64,000 nucleotides of DNA, taken from NCBI GenBank assembly GCA_051294375.1, contig CM119263.1, positions 29,522,186 to 29,586,185 of the forward strand, read 5' to 3'. The first letter of the stretch is position 1; each line of letters starts with the position of its first letter. The stretch comes from Paraspadella gotoi (taxonomy: Eukaryota > Animalia > Chaetognatha). Shown in pieces: positions 1-13,203 of the stretch. Below the pieces are notes generated by a model, which was not told the origin of the DNA, ran no database searches, and saw only the letters and a list, made by a program, of their open reading frames with translations. The position numbers and the translations under genes are program-made.

Positions 1-42
<42 letters not shown>
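1..42. repeat. (AG)n microsatellite, representative of dozens in the window (e.g. 1023-1072, 3600-3638, 31640-31787, 55687-55800)
   Basis: Perfect dinucleotide runs read directly; they generate most SLSLSL/ERERER ORFs. Confidence 0.98.
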
Positions 43-46
<4 letters not shown>

Positions 47-1018
47 AAAACAAAAAAGAGGTAATATTTCATATTTGGCGTCAAATCCCTGATTCGTCGT
101 GCGGGTCAACATTTCGGCGACAAATGAGTTGCGAACGAGGAAAGGAAAGGAAAGTGGAGGAAAGAAAAGAAAAAAGGAAAAAAGGGAAAAAGGGAAAGTA
201 ATGGAGATAAAGGAATGAAATAAAAAATCAAAGACAAAGGAACAAGAGTAGGAAAATAAAATTTAAAAAAAAAACATGAGCATTAAAGCGGAACAAGGTA
301 AAAACTAAGAGTTCTGTAATATAAATAACGTTAGAGCATTCAGTGGGATAACGAAGTTAAAAAATAAATCGAGATTTTATGTATAGTTAATAACATAGAA
401 ACATTTAAAGGTTATCGTATTTACTATAAATCATAAAATTTTTTTTTCATCATTGAAATATTGAAAAACGAATAATACTTTGTGTAAACAACTTTTTATG
501 AGCTATCTGAATCCGTTCTTAAAAAATAAAATAATTTTTTTTTCATTGATAAATATTTAAATGCTTCAACGTTATACTGTACTTCACTAGGTAAAAAAGT
601 GAGAGTAAATATTGATTAAGTATATCACAGTTGAATAAAACGCGGAAACATAAAATGATTAAGAGGATTCCGGAAGAGGAAGAAGACTGGAACGATTTCG
701 AACAGGATTTTCGAAGCCAAATCCTGTCTACTTACTTAAGTGATATAATGGACAAATGAATTTTATATTACAGAACTCCTAATGATAAAAAGTGATAAAT
801 TTTGAACCACCTTAATGAGGAACGAAAGAAATAAAAAGATACCAAAGGTAAAGTCTTCGAATCAGTTTTAAGACTTTTTCTTTCTTTTTTCTTTTTCTTA
901 TTTCTTTATCTTTCTTTCTCTTCTTCTTTCTATCATTTTCCTTTTCTCAAATCGAATCCTCTACTTCTGACCTTTGACCTCGTCCCCCGACCTCAATCAC
1001 GGCGACATCTTTGCCGCC

Positions 1019-1074
<56 letters not shown>

Positions 1075-1817
1075 ATCAAATCGGAGATCTAACAGGATCT
1101 AAAAAAAGGTCCATCTCCTGACCCTTTCGTTTAAACCACAAAAGATTCCCTTTTGTTGAAAATCTTTTTTGCTCAAACGAGGTCAAAGACAAAAAGCGAC
1201 ATCTAGTGTTAAACAAATCATATACGTATGAGAAGATAAAAAGATATAGATAGACATTTTACAGTTATCTAATTGTTTACATTTTATTTAATTGGTACTA
1301 CCAATATAAATATTTTTCATTCATTCAATAAATAAGCTATCCCTTTTAGAAGATAATATTGCAGGATCCTGGAAGCTTTTCATCAAGACTCTCTCACGGT
1401 CTAATTTATTAAAACCCAGAATGCTTGGTCTCCAGAACAATGAAGTGGTAGATATTATGTTTATTGTCTAATTGCATAAAAGGACCACTCTCTTAAATAC
1501 AAAGTTAGTAAACACAGACTAAAAACCATAATATATACGAACAAATTACGAAAATTTAGAGTACATTGTGCTGTACTGTAGTTATGGTCGATTTTATTCG
1601 TGTTAATCAATTTTGCTCGGTCAGACACAACAACAACAACGACGACGACGACAACTACGACGACAGTGAGGAAGACAATCGAGCCTAAGAGAAGGAACAA
1701 TAACCAGGGCACTGAATATATAGTCGCCATTAATTCCCGAACCGTAAAAACGAGACAGAAGCATCCGACTCTGTAAAAAAAAAGAGGGAAACTCGACAGA
1801 CTGAACAGACAGAAGGA

Positions 1818-1857
<40 letters not shown>

Positions 1858-1935
1858 TTTGACCGACAACGAGATTTTCTCTTTTCGATATTGAAGAGAT
1901 GGGAGACAAGGAGGGGTGGAGGAGGNNNNNNNNNN

Positions 1936-1967
<32 letters not shown>

Positions 1968-2332
1968 CAGTGGGAGGAGGAGGAGGAGGAGGAGAAATAA
2001 CGAATTATGTCAGTTTAGTTTTCACAAGTCATTTAGGATTTAGCAGGAGTCATTATAATTTATATGACATACATATTCGTTGTTCTGGGGAAAACACGTA
2101 ACATAGTAGAATATAAGTAAAATTTTTTTTCTTCAAAGTCATGGATTAACCTATATGTTGAGAATGTTAAAGTTACTCGTGTAATTTTATTAATAAATTA
2201 ATCAAATAGTTAATTGCTGCAGATTATATCGCGGGTCCTCATCGACGCCGCATTGTCGTTGTAATGTCACCGCGAAAACGCTCTTTTGGCACGGCTGGTG
2301 ACGCCGTCCTGATCCCGCTCTGACCCCGCGAT

Positions 2333-2406
2333 GGAACCGGCTTGGCACCGCAATCGCTCTGCAATGGAACCGGCGTGGCACCGGCGTGGCACCGGCGTGG
2401 CACCGG
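2333..2406. repeat. 11-bp minisatellite (ccggcgtggca)
   Basis: Three perfect copies plus degenerate copies read directly. Confidence 0.85.
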
Positions 2407-2497
2407 ACTTTTATCGTCTTTGAATAATCGCCGAATCAGCGTTGAGGGCAGGTGACGTCACGTGACCTCGAGGGAAGATGAAGTTTGTTTGATCGTC

Positions 2498-2698
2498 GTC
2501 ATCATCATCATCATCTTCATCATCATCATCATCATTATCATAATCATGCATCATAAGCATCGTCCAATCATCATCATCATCATCATCATTATCATCATCA
2601 TTATCATAAGCATCGTCATCATCATCATTATCATAAGCATCGTCATCATCATCATCATCATCATTAGCATCGTCATCATCATCATCATCATCATCATC
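2498..2698. repeat. (ATC)n microsatellite
   Basis: Direct; explains the poly-Ile ORF 2462-2764. Confidence 0.95.
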
Positions 2699-3597
2699 CC
2701 GTTTTCATCATTTTCCTCTTCCTTTTTTTCTTCCTCTTCTCAATTCTCACCTCATATCAACTGACAGTTGTGAGCTGTTATCTTATTTTCTCAACCGACA
2801 CGTTACCAGTTTTATTGCTTTACCTTTATCAAAAACATTATTCCATGTTACATGTTTTATTCTATCATCAATACTACTTAACTCTTTAATTAAACTACGG
2901 GAATGGTCCTTTATACAATTGAAACATTCTTTGAAATACCACTTCATTTTGGTACTCTGGGAACGAATAAACGAGACTGTGAGAGAGTCTTGATTGCAAG
3001 CTGGTTATTATCTTGTAAGTGTGACGGAGGCCCTCAGCCACCATAGTCCGTCTGAAATCAGGGGCAAGATAGCGTATTTATGAAATGAATGGATAATTTT
3101 ATATTGGTTGTACGAATTTCATAATATGCTAATAAGTTTACCAATTACGAGAGATCTTAACTCACTTCAGCTATCCGCTATCACTCTCTACACTGTGTAA
3201 AATCTTGAAGAGACAATAATAACTGTTATGAGTTAGTGACAGAACCGTTCAATATAAGCAGTCCCTGAGCTTCGGATCAGGCTGTAACACCGTGTTAGAG
3301 GCGGGTTAAGCCCCGTCCCTCTTAACTGCTAGGCAAATGTCTTGCCTCCTGCACCAATGGCCGCTGATGAAACGAATGGTGGATTTTAGTCCACCATAAT
3401 CTAAACTTTCACATACTTTTATAATTTTCTCAACCTTTCAACTCCTTAACCCTAATCTGATACGAACATACGCGCGGCCGAGATGGGACGACTCCAGTGG
3501 CAGAGGCTCTTGTCACGGCCGAATTTCGTTACGGCGTAGCGAGGCCGAGACGGGTCAACGGCCTACCGGGCGGGGCACGGCCGGGGCTGAGGATGAC

Positions 3598-3642
<45 letters not shown>

Positions 3643-3828
3643 AGCTTCGGGGCTTCGACTCCCGCCCACGATTGTAAATATTATGAAGGTCATTTCGAGA
3701 CTTTTTTTCTTTTCCCTATTTTTCTTTTTTTTCGGTTTTGTCCTCAAGGTGACGTGGGGTCAAGGAATTCTTTCCTCTCTAATATTGGGTCTGTCACGCG
3801 GGAGCGTTGACTGATGAGATAGAGAGAG

Positions 3829-3934
<106 letters not shown>

Positions 3935-4241
3935 ATATTAAAAGATGCCCATGAAAGCAAGCTTCCAAGCAAGCAAGCGTTAGCGATTGTGACAGAGAGC
4001 GAGATGAAACGATAGAGAGCGATCAACTCTTCCTCTTTATGGAATTAATGCCAAAATCCCCACTAATTTGTTTAATTCAAGTTTTTTTAAGGATCCCCGG
4101 AAATGATTTAAATTTTAATTAATTTTATTTTTATTATAAACGTTATTTTAATTCCTTTTCATGTATTAATTTCGTCTCTTTCCTTTTTTATTTTTCGCCT
4201 ACATGAGTTCTTGTTTATCTTAAGAGAAGCCATTGGTTCCG

Positions 4242-4292
4242 CCTTAAATGGGTCTCTGCTTAAATGGGTCTCTGCTTAAATGGGTCTCTGCT
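4242..4292. repeat. 16-bp tandem repeat (cttaaatgggtctctg) x3
   Basis: Direct. Confidence 0.9.
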
Positions 4293-4789
4293 TGCCCTTC
4301 CCGAACCCGCGGAGCCGGCGAAGCCCGTGCCCGACCGGTTGGGTCGATGGAGATTGGAAGCCCGACGCCAAGAGACGGGCAACTTCGGGCGAAGGGACAA
4401 GGAGAGCGAGTCGTGATGACTGAAAGATTGTCCGCTTCTTAAGACTGGTTGTCGAATGATAGCTTCGAGTTGCCCGACTTTGGTTGGGAAGCGGTAGCCC
4501 AAATATGCGGCCGGTTGCCCGATTGGCCTAATGTCGCCCGACTGGGAAGTGGTTATCTGATTGGGCTATGTTGGCTCGACTGGGATGCGGTTATCTGATT
4601 GGGTTAGGGTCGGCCAATCGGGCGATGGTTGCCCGTCTGGGACACAGTTGTACGATTGGTCTGTGTTGATTCGGCGCCCTTCTGGTACGCAGTTGCCCTA
4701 TTCGGCTGCGTTGACTCGACTGGGCCCCTGCTGCCCGACCTCAACGACATAAAACTCTGGAAACAACATTTATCGTTTCTGTTTCTCGG

Positions 4790-5445
4790 ATGAGAAAGGA
4801 GGACGAGAAGAAGAGAGAGGGGGGAAGAGAAGGAAGGAGGGAGAGGGGGGGAGGGGGGGGAGGAGGGAGAGGGGGAGAGGAGGAGGAGAGAGAGAAGGAG
4901 GAGGGAGAGGGGGAGAAGGAGGAGGGAGAGGGGAGAGAAGGAGGGAGGAGAGAAGAGGAGGGAAGGAGGAGGGAGAGGGGGAGAGAAGGAGGAGGGAGAA
5001 GAGGAGGGAAGGAGGAGGGAGAGGGGAGAGAAGGAGGAGGGAGAAGAGAGGAAGGAGGAGGGAAGGGGGAGAGAAGGAGGAGGGAGAGGGGGAGAGAAGG
5101 AGGAGGGAGAAGAGAAGGGAAGGAGGAGGGAGAGGGGGAGAGAAGGAGGAGGGAAGGGGGAGAGAAGGAGGAGGGAGAAGAGGAGGGAAGAGGAGGGAGA
5201 GGGGGAGAGAAGGAGGAGGGAGAAGAGGAGGGAAGGAGGAGGGAGAGGGGAGAGAAGGAGGAGGGAGAGGGGGAGAGAAGGAGGAGGGAGAGGGGGAGAG
5301 AAGGAGGAGAGAGAGGGGGAGAGAAGGAGGAGGGAGAGGGGGAGAGAAGGAGGAGGGGAAGTGGAGGAGAGGAGGGGGAGGGGAAGGGAGAAGGGAGAGA
5401 GGAGAGAGGGGAGGAGGAAGGGGTAAGAGGAAGAGAGGGAGGAAC
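4790..5445. repeat. Polypurine G/A low-complexity tract
   Basis: About 650 bp almost entirely G and A; the 221-aa G/E/R ORF is a by-product. Confidence 0.9.
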
Positions 5446-5593
5446 TGGGACGTGAGAAGGAATAGGGACTGGGACGGTGGTGAATAAAAGGAGGTGATTC
5501 TAATATTTATTTTTATATTACTGATACTGAGGCTGTGGATAAAACCTGAAGCATTTCAAGAAGAGAAGAGAGAGAAGGGGAGAGAGAAGGAGA

Positions 5594-5640
<47 letters not shown>

Positions 5641-5743
5641 AGAGAAGAAGAGAGAGAGAGAGAGAGAGAGATTAGTCCTTTGACACCGAAACTGTATTCT
5701 CGACAGATCCGCCGCTTTGTTCTTTGATCTCAAAGTCGAAGCT

Positions 5744-5793
<50 letters not shown>

Positions 5794-6399
5794 CTCATTG
5801 TCGTCGTTTATATCGTCGTCTTTTTCGACGTCATCTCCCTTACCATTGTCACAGCTATTCGGTGTTACAAAAACTGTCAGTGGCGTTTTAGTTTGTGATT
5901 GACATTTCCGATTTCAATTGCATCTTCGTGATCATCTCTCTTCATTTCGTCGTCTTCGTCAGCGACGACGTTAACACCTGCAATGGCGTGAGTTGCACAT
6001 AGCGATGACAATGTCAATTTTGTCGTCGTCGTCGTCGTCGTCGTCGTCGTCTTTTTATGGCTCCAAAATCTCTCACGTTTCTCTTCGATTCTGACCCAAA
6101 TTTTTTAGTGGCGCAATTCCTCTCGCTCTCTATGTTTCTCTCTCGCTCTTTCTTTACCTCATTCTCTTTCTCTTTATCGTAAAATGTAAATCGTAAAACA
6201 AATGATTTCGTTCGATGAGGAAGTACAGTAACAGTACAGTAAGTACAGTACAGTAACATCGTCTGTCCTTTGCTACAGTAAGATTCCGAAGAATCAACAG
6301 TAAAAACTGACATTTTCTAGAATTTATGACAAAATTGGTGTCAGCGTGGTTTTCTTTGAAGTCCACGTCAAGGGTTGTAAATACGTCAAACATGGATAT

Positions 6400-6615
6400 A
6401 AGTTGCCACAATCCGGAATTAAGTGGCCAAAACGCAGATGTATGCGGATTAAAATGGCCGAAATGCGGATGTAATCGACCACAATGCAAAATGCACATTA
6501 AAGTGGCAACAGTTCGGATGTTGATGGACACAAGGCGAATGCATTAGGCCACAGTGTGGTGTGTAATTGTCAACTGTACAGATGTAAGTGGCCACAATAC
6601 GGAATGTAAATGGTC
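6400..6615. repeat. Degenerate ~21-bp minisatellite (gtggccacaat...ggatgtaa)
   Basis: Recurring gtggcc/aatgc/ggatgt units at roughly 21-bp spacing. Confidence 0.6.
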
Positions 6616-7447
6616 GACGAAAGAGACGAGGAACATCGTTTCGTAAATAGTCGATGCGTCAGGATTTAAAAGTCAAATTAAATAGACTTAAGTTCGAACT
6701 TGGAACGTCGCAGTGGGAGAAGTCAATAAAATTGAAAATGACTTTGGAGGTCGATCTAAAGCTAAAGAAAAAAAGAGGAATACTGTACGACAAAAAATCC
6801 TGTCGCTTTGATCTTAATTCCGCCTGATTGATCTTTCACTCTCTGCGATCGCCTGTTACCACCGAACGTCCAAGTACCGGATGTTATTGGGCCCTAGGAT
6901 CCGTATGTAACCGGAACCAACAAAGAGACTCCTACCGGAATATAAACTCGCCCCGCGGACGGAGCTGTTGTACATTCGCGGCTGCAGCCCCCGAACCCGC
7001 CTCCGCCCTCCTCCGCCCCCCTCTCTGAGGATGTCGGACGAGGACCAATAAAAGTCGCCTCTAAATAATCTCGATTTACGACGTTTTCCCGCTTTTTGGG
7101 CGGAGGAGAGAGTTCGCTAAAGTGAATCAAAGAGATTATGCAAAGAGATTTATTACATCCGGGAGGGAAGTGAGGGAGTTGATATAATACGGAAACGGAT
7201 CGGGGGAAGGGGTAGGTAAATAAGTTATGTAAAATGTCATAATAGAATTTTGTTTTCGAACGTTATAGTGAGAATTTAAACATGAAGACAGAGAGAGAGA
7301 ATGAGAGAGAGATGAGAGAGAGAGAGAGTCGGTAGTGAGAGAGAGGTAGAGATGAGAGAGTTTTGGCGGGAAAATAGTTCCAGGTTTCGTAACACGCAGG
7401 TGGCGTGAAGTCTGTTAGTTCTTGTTGAACTATGTAAATAACGTGAG

Positions 7448-7502
<55 letters not shown>

Positions 7503-8929
7503 TCTCTCTCTCTCTCTCTCTCTTTCTCTCTGTTCTATCGCTCCAAAACTTTGCTCCCGCCACAACAATGACAAACGATTGGAACACGTCGCGTCGCGTC
7601 GTCCGTCGTCGCGTCGTCGTCGTCGTCGTCGTCTCATCGTCGTCGTTGTCATCGCTCGTTTCACGTGTCGTCGTCGTCCGTGTCGTGGGTGGATCGAGAC
7701 ACGAAGAGATTGACGCGCTCAGTGCGGATCCGGCTAAAATTCTCTGAAAAAAAAAAACCATAAAAAAAAAAAAAAAAACAAAAAAACAACTGAACTTCAA
7801 TTCTTTCAAAGTTTATATATATAATTTTCATATAATATTTTCATTTATTTATAATTTCATAACAATTTTCGTATTAATTTTTTTATAAAAATCGTGATAC
7901 AGTAGTTAAAAATGTATATCATTTGTTTATTTGTTTTGCGACTTAGGTAAAAATTGTTCCATTGTTTAAGGCAAGACGAACGACCGACCGACCGACCTAC
8001 AGACCGAATGTCATCGTTTGAAAAATCGAGAGACAGAAGAGAGAGGAGGAGGAGGAGGAGGAGGAGGAGGAGGAGGATTAGGGGGGGCGGGATCGAAATG
8101 CAAAACGATACGTAGGTGGGCGGGAGACAGGATAGGGACTTACAATTGTGTCATCTCTGGATCTCTTTATCATTTTTTCTATCGTTAGCTCTATTAACTT
8201 TCACACTAATTTCACATCTCTTCTCTCATCTCTCCGGGATCTCCAATCAAAGTCTTATTCAACTTTGTCATCTCCTCTTTCTCTTCATCATTTTTCTCTT
8301 CATTCCTTCCATCATACAGTAAGAGGAGGAGTAAGAGGAGGAGTAGCCGGAAGAGGAGCAAGGTGTCTCTGAAAAACAGGAGTGTATTTACAAGTAAATG
8401 AGGAGCATGAAATCATGATTTTATTGGTAAGTTCGTGCAAGTATGTCATCCTTCAGAATCGCTTCCCCCGGGGGCGGTGCTGGGGGCGGCCCCGCGGGTG
8501 GCTCCGCGGGGCGGCCCCGAGGGGCAGGAAATCTTTACGTGCCTAGGGGCGGCCCCCTGTAGCCTCTTTTTTGGAGCCCCAAGGGGCCACTCCAGGGGAA
8601 TTCCCCAGGGGCTAGAAAACCTTGCCCCTGGGGCTACCCCCAGGGGGATGGATTCCTGCCCCCTGGAACGGCTCTCTCTCCCTCCTATCTCTCTTTCCCT
8701 CTACTCTCTCTTTCTCCCTCTCTCTCTCTCTCTTTCTCTATCTTATTTTCTATTTTCATCTTTCATTACAATAAATAAAAGATAAAAAATAAAGAAAAGA
8801 TAAAAAAGATAAAAGATAAAGATAAATATAAAGATAAAAATAATATTTTTCACTTCAATTAATCAATCAATGAACCAATAGCTGCACCAATACCAACTTG
8901 TATATTTTCGTCACCTTGCATAATTTAGT

Positions 8930-9420
8930 CAATGACATAATTTGGTCAACTGACTTAAATTGTCAACTATATATTATTTAATCAACTTAAAATTGGTGTA
9001 AACTTTTATAGATTTTGGTTAAACTTTCATAATTTTGGTAATTTTTTTTAATTTAGTTAACTTGCTTAATTTGGTTAACCTTCATAATTGGCTAAATTTT
9101 ATAATTTGGTAAACTTTAATAATTTGGTAAACTTTTCATAATTTTGGTAAACTTTCATATTTGGTAAACTTTCATAATTTAATCAATTTACACAATTAAA
9201 TCAACTCCCATAATTTGGTCAACTTGCATAATTTGGTCAATTTCATAGATGTCAATTGTCATTAAATTGGTTCAACTGGATAAATTGGTTAATTTGCTTA
9301 ATTTAGTCAACAGTCATAATTTGGTCAACTTGCATAATTTTGGTCAATTATGATAATTTGGTACAACTTGGAAATTTGGTCAAATTAATTAATTTGGTCA
9401 ACAATCAACTTAACAATTAG
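8930..9420. repeat. AT-rich ~19-bp minisatellite (ataatttggtcaacttgc) inside the TIR element
   Basis: More than 20 degenerate copies read directly. Confidence 0.85.
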
Positions 9421-10267
9421 CTAATTAATAATTTTATCCGATAGAAATAAAAAAGAAGAGAGAAATAGAGTGCAAAAAATTTTTAATAATGTTCAAGTAA
9501 AAGTAACTTTTGTTTTTCCATTATAAACTTACTTTCATTTTTCTACCCACACACAAAATTTTATCTTAAAAAATTTATAGAATAAAGATGGTTTTAATTT
9601 TTTAATTCACTTATAAAAATAATTAATTAAAAAATATTTAATTGATTATATTAATATCAGTTCTTTAAGTCCATCCCATATTAGCATTAAACTCCAATTA
9701 TTCGTGATTAAATGGATTGGAATAAAATTTTGTGTGTGGTAGAAAAGTATGTGATTGAGCTAAATATAAAGTTTTGCTCACTCTCTCTCTCAAATTGTAG
9801 CCTCTACTTAACACGTGAGTTCATCTTAAGCAATCTACAAACTGACGATTATTAATTACAAATCTTAAATAAAATAAATTTATTTTACGAGTAGAAACTC
9901 GTTTAATGTTGATGATAGTTTTATTGTTTTTTGGGGACTCCATAATTCACTAAGTAGGTCTGTCATCACTGCCCATTATTTGTTGGTGATTTATTTAATT
10001 TCTTTTTAAACATCAAATTATGAATATTTTTTTTAAAATTTATCTCTCTATCAGTCTATCAGTATGTCCATCCAACAAAAAAGAAAGAAAAAAAAATTAA
10101 AAAAAGAAAGATAAAAAAAAGACAAAAAAAGAAGACAAATGACTGATTAGCTTTTACTACTAAATTTGTGTGCTACGTCCCTACATTGTTTGTTTAAAAC
10201 TTGTTCTATATCTTTTTAACTGAAATAAAATAATTGGGTTAAAAAATACAAATATTATAATTTTTAG

Positions 10268-10602
10268 ATAAATATGTGGATATCCCGTCTCCACCACGCC
10301 GCCACAATGACTCCCCTGTCTCCACTCAACGAGACAGGCGGAGACCCTTGCGCAGGCAATGGGCAGACGATGCCTCTCCTTCACCTGTAGCAACTCATTT
10401 CCTTTCTCTGTGGAGTGAGCGCCGCCCAAAGCGACGGCTGCAGGAGGAAGGAGAGTCCACCACTCCTGTCGCAAAAGCGGCAAGAATGGAAAGCCGCCCA
10501 CCTCACTGTCAGCAGGCGAGAAGAGGGCAGTCGGCAGGCGTACCAGGCCAGAAGAGACATCAGAGTAGCCTTGGGTATCTTCCCGCAAGGAAGCCTCCCT
10601 AA
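10268..10602 (+). other. Candidate terminal exon (Pro/Arg/Ser-rich, unknown product) carried inside the transposon
   Basis: Acceptor ttttttag ending at 10267, then an open frame (D)KYVDIPSPP...LPARKPP* that is GC-rich within AT-rich flanks. No recognisable domain. Confidence 0.3.
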
Positions 10603-11135
10603 CGCCGCACACATAGGCTCAACGATTTTGTCCTCACAGCCACTGACACGTCAATGACCCGACCACATCGATCAGGCCTTTCATTTGCACAAGCCAAGGG
10701 GGGCCAGCTCACTTTGAGCTCTATCTTAACTCTTATACTTCACTATAATAATAATTGCTTAACTATCCCTCACCTCTATTTCCTTCACATTTCAAATTTC
10801 ACAATTTCATCTTCACTAACTTATTTATTCACAGTAGTTAATTGTTAACACTGATCATAAGTTTTAAACAATATTTATCTTTGTTGTACATTGCACAATG
10901 TATTATTTTTCAAGTTCTCTCACTCCTCTCTCTCTCCTTCTCTCTCTCTCTCTCTCTCTCTCACCATTTCAATTTCTTTCACAAAACTGGCTCTATTTGT
11001 TTCACCTTAAATCTGTCCTCACAATTGACCACTATCCTTCTCAACTCTGTGTTGGAAACTTTGCCCTCTCTCTCTCTCTCCTCTCTCACCTCTTTCTTTA
11101 TGCACATAATTTGTTTCAAATTCATTAACTTTTTT

Positions 11136-11177
11136 AATGCTGATGAAGGCTTGTAGTTAAGCCGAAACATGTCCGTT
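11136..11177 (+). ncRNA. Minimal type I hammerhead ribozyme of the Penelope-like element class
   Basis: Core CTGATGA at 11140-11146; stem II GGCTT/AAGCC; GAAAC-AT-GTC with a palindromic ACATGT stem III; stem I AATG/CGTT; AATAAA just downstream. Confidence 0.7.
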
Positions 11178-12294
11178 TTTTATTAAAAATAAAATCGTTG
11201 TTGAAAATTCATTTCAAACTTTTCTAATAGATAAAATATGGAATAAATGAAGTAACAATAATTTGAAAAATATGTATATTTAATTTCAGTTACATAAAAC
11301 AAGTCTTGAAAGAGAGAGAGAAAAAAAAGATCTATAGAGAGAAAAAAAAGGAGAGAAAGAAAAAAAGAAAGAGTGAATGAGAAAAAGAGAGAGAGAGAGA
11401 AAAAGAGAGAGAGAAAAAGAAAAAGGAGAGAGAGAAGAAGAGTAACAGACAGGGAGAAATATTCTCAGATATAATAACATAGTCAGAAAGTATATTTTCT
11501 CATCTAAACTTTGCTCTCTCTTTAACTCGCCCCTGGGGGAGCTGTTTTGCTCCCCAAGGGGTTACCCCCAGGGGCAGACTTTTTTTGCCCCAGGGGGCTA
11601 AGCATTAGGGGCGCCCCTAATAGACCCAAAATGTTGGCCCCAGGGGGAACCCCCCTGGGCGGCCCCCTAAGGCAATCCAGAGGGGGCGCCCCCTCAATGA
11701 CCATTTTTGCTGCTCCCCCTGGAATAGTCTGCCCCCTGGGCCGCCCCTAGAGCCGCCCCGCGGGGCGGAGGATTTGGGAGATGACATATCTCAGTTCGTG
11801 GTAGTCGAATCATAGTCGAAATAGCGCTTCACTATAAGTGCCTCTTCCTCCTCCCCTCTCCCCTCTCCCTCCCCCCCTCTCCCCACCTCTTCATCCTCTC
11901 CCTCTTCCTCTACCTCCCCCTCCCCCTCCCCCTCCTCTTCCTCTTTTCCTCCCCCACCTCCTCCTTCCCCTCTCTCTTCCACCTCTTCCTCCCCCACCTC
12001 GACCTCCACCTCGACCTCCACCAACTCCCCACCTCCCCCTCCTCCACTCACCTCCTCTTCCTTCCCACCCCCTCTTTCCCTCCCCACCTCCTTCTCTCCC
12101 ACCTCTCTCCTCCTCCTCTTCCTCCCCCACCTCCTCCCCCTCCTCCTCCTCCCTCCCTCCTCTTCCTCCCACGTCCTCCTCGTCTCAGCGACGCTTTGTG
12201 GCCTTTTTTGCATTTCGACTTCTCGCAAGACCCCGAGTTTCAGCTGGGCAGAAATCCCGCTGCTGTCCCCTAGAGGGAGAGGGAGATAGGACAG

Positions 12295-12346
<52 letters not shown>

Positions 12347-13203
12347 AAAAAATTGCCTGACTGGCCATCGTTCACTCTCTGTGTTTCTGTTGACAAATGA
12401 GAAAAAAGAGATAACGAAAAACAGAATGAAAGCGACGACGATAATGACGATTACGACGACAGTGACGACGACGACGAGTCACGACGAAATCTAGAATTTC
12501 CAGAGTTCAAGTTGTGATAAAATGATGATGACATTGAGAGAGATCGCGGTGATAAAACTGTGATAAAATATTATGACAAAATCAAGATGATGACGCTTAT
12601 CATGATGATGATTATTATAATTTATGATTTATAATTTAAGATTATGATTAGAATATGATATTAACGCCTTCGTGATGAAACGACAACTGCAACAACGACG
12701 ACAACAACAACAACAACACTTGCGGCAACAATGAAAACGACAAGGATTTTCTTGCCAAAGACGAAATCGACCATCACGAAGACGACAATCACATCACGGG
12801 AAAGATTTCCGAGGGTGATGATGATGATGATTGTGATGATTTTGATGGTGATGATGATGATGATGATTGTGATGGTGATAATGATGATGAATGATGACGA
12901 CGACTACAATGATGGTGAAGATGATGACGACGAGAACGATGATGATCCTAATGTGAATAATAATCATATTGCTAATGATGATGACAGTGCTGATGACGGC
13001 GATGGCGATGATGTTGTTGATGATGGGAACGATAATGGTGCCGACGACGACGACCAACTACAACAACAACAACGACCTTCGAAGAAAGGATCTTTTTGTC
13101 TTCGATTAGATCTCGTACTAAAAAAAGGAGAAGAAAGGTCATTTTCTCACAAGAATAGAGAGATAAGTTTGGTGCGAGACATCACTGAGAACGATTCAGG
13201 AAA

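Larger units (their letters stand above)
1284..3124. mobile_element. Foldback-type non-autonomous DNA element with long imperfect terminal inverted repeats
   Basis: 1284-1342 (ttatttaattggtactaccaatata...aagctatc) is the reverse complement of 3068-3124. Inner arms also pair: tcaagactctctcac near 1383 with gtgagagagtcttga near 2979, atgaagtggta near 1440 with taccacttcat near 2937, and aaaggacca near 1479 with tggtccttt near 2904. The same terminus recurs at 62515-62736. Confidence 0.7.
8438..11792. mobile_element. Non-autonomous DNA transposon with 8-bp TSD (hAT/P-like), about 3.35 kb
   Basis: Exact direct repeat AGTTCGTG at 8430-8437 and 11793-11800. The left end CAAGTATGTCATC matches the reverse-complemented right end GAGATATGTCATC. 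GC-rich subterminal gggggc/gccccc motifs mirror each other at 8460-8665 and 11528-11770. No transposase seen. Confidence 0.8.

Noticed and set aside
3364-3397. CTGATGA as a second hammerhead
   Set aside because: No stem II between CTGATGA and GAAA and no NUH site in the right geometry.
4790-5455. 221-aa G/E/R-rich ORF
   Set aside because: A pure purine tract cannot contain stop codons; no domain or splice context.
11791-12494. Pro-rich and Glu/Gly-rich ORFs of about 200 aa
   Set aside because: Translations of a C/T low-complexity tract plus (AG)n.
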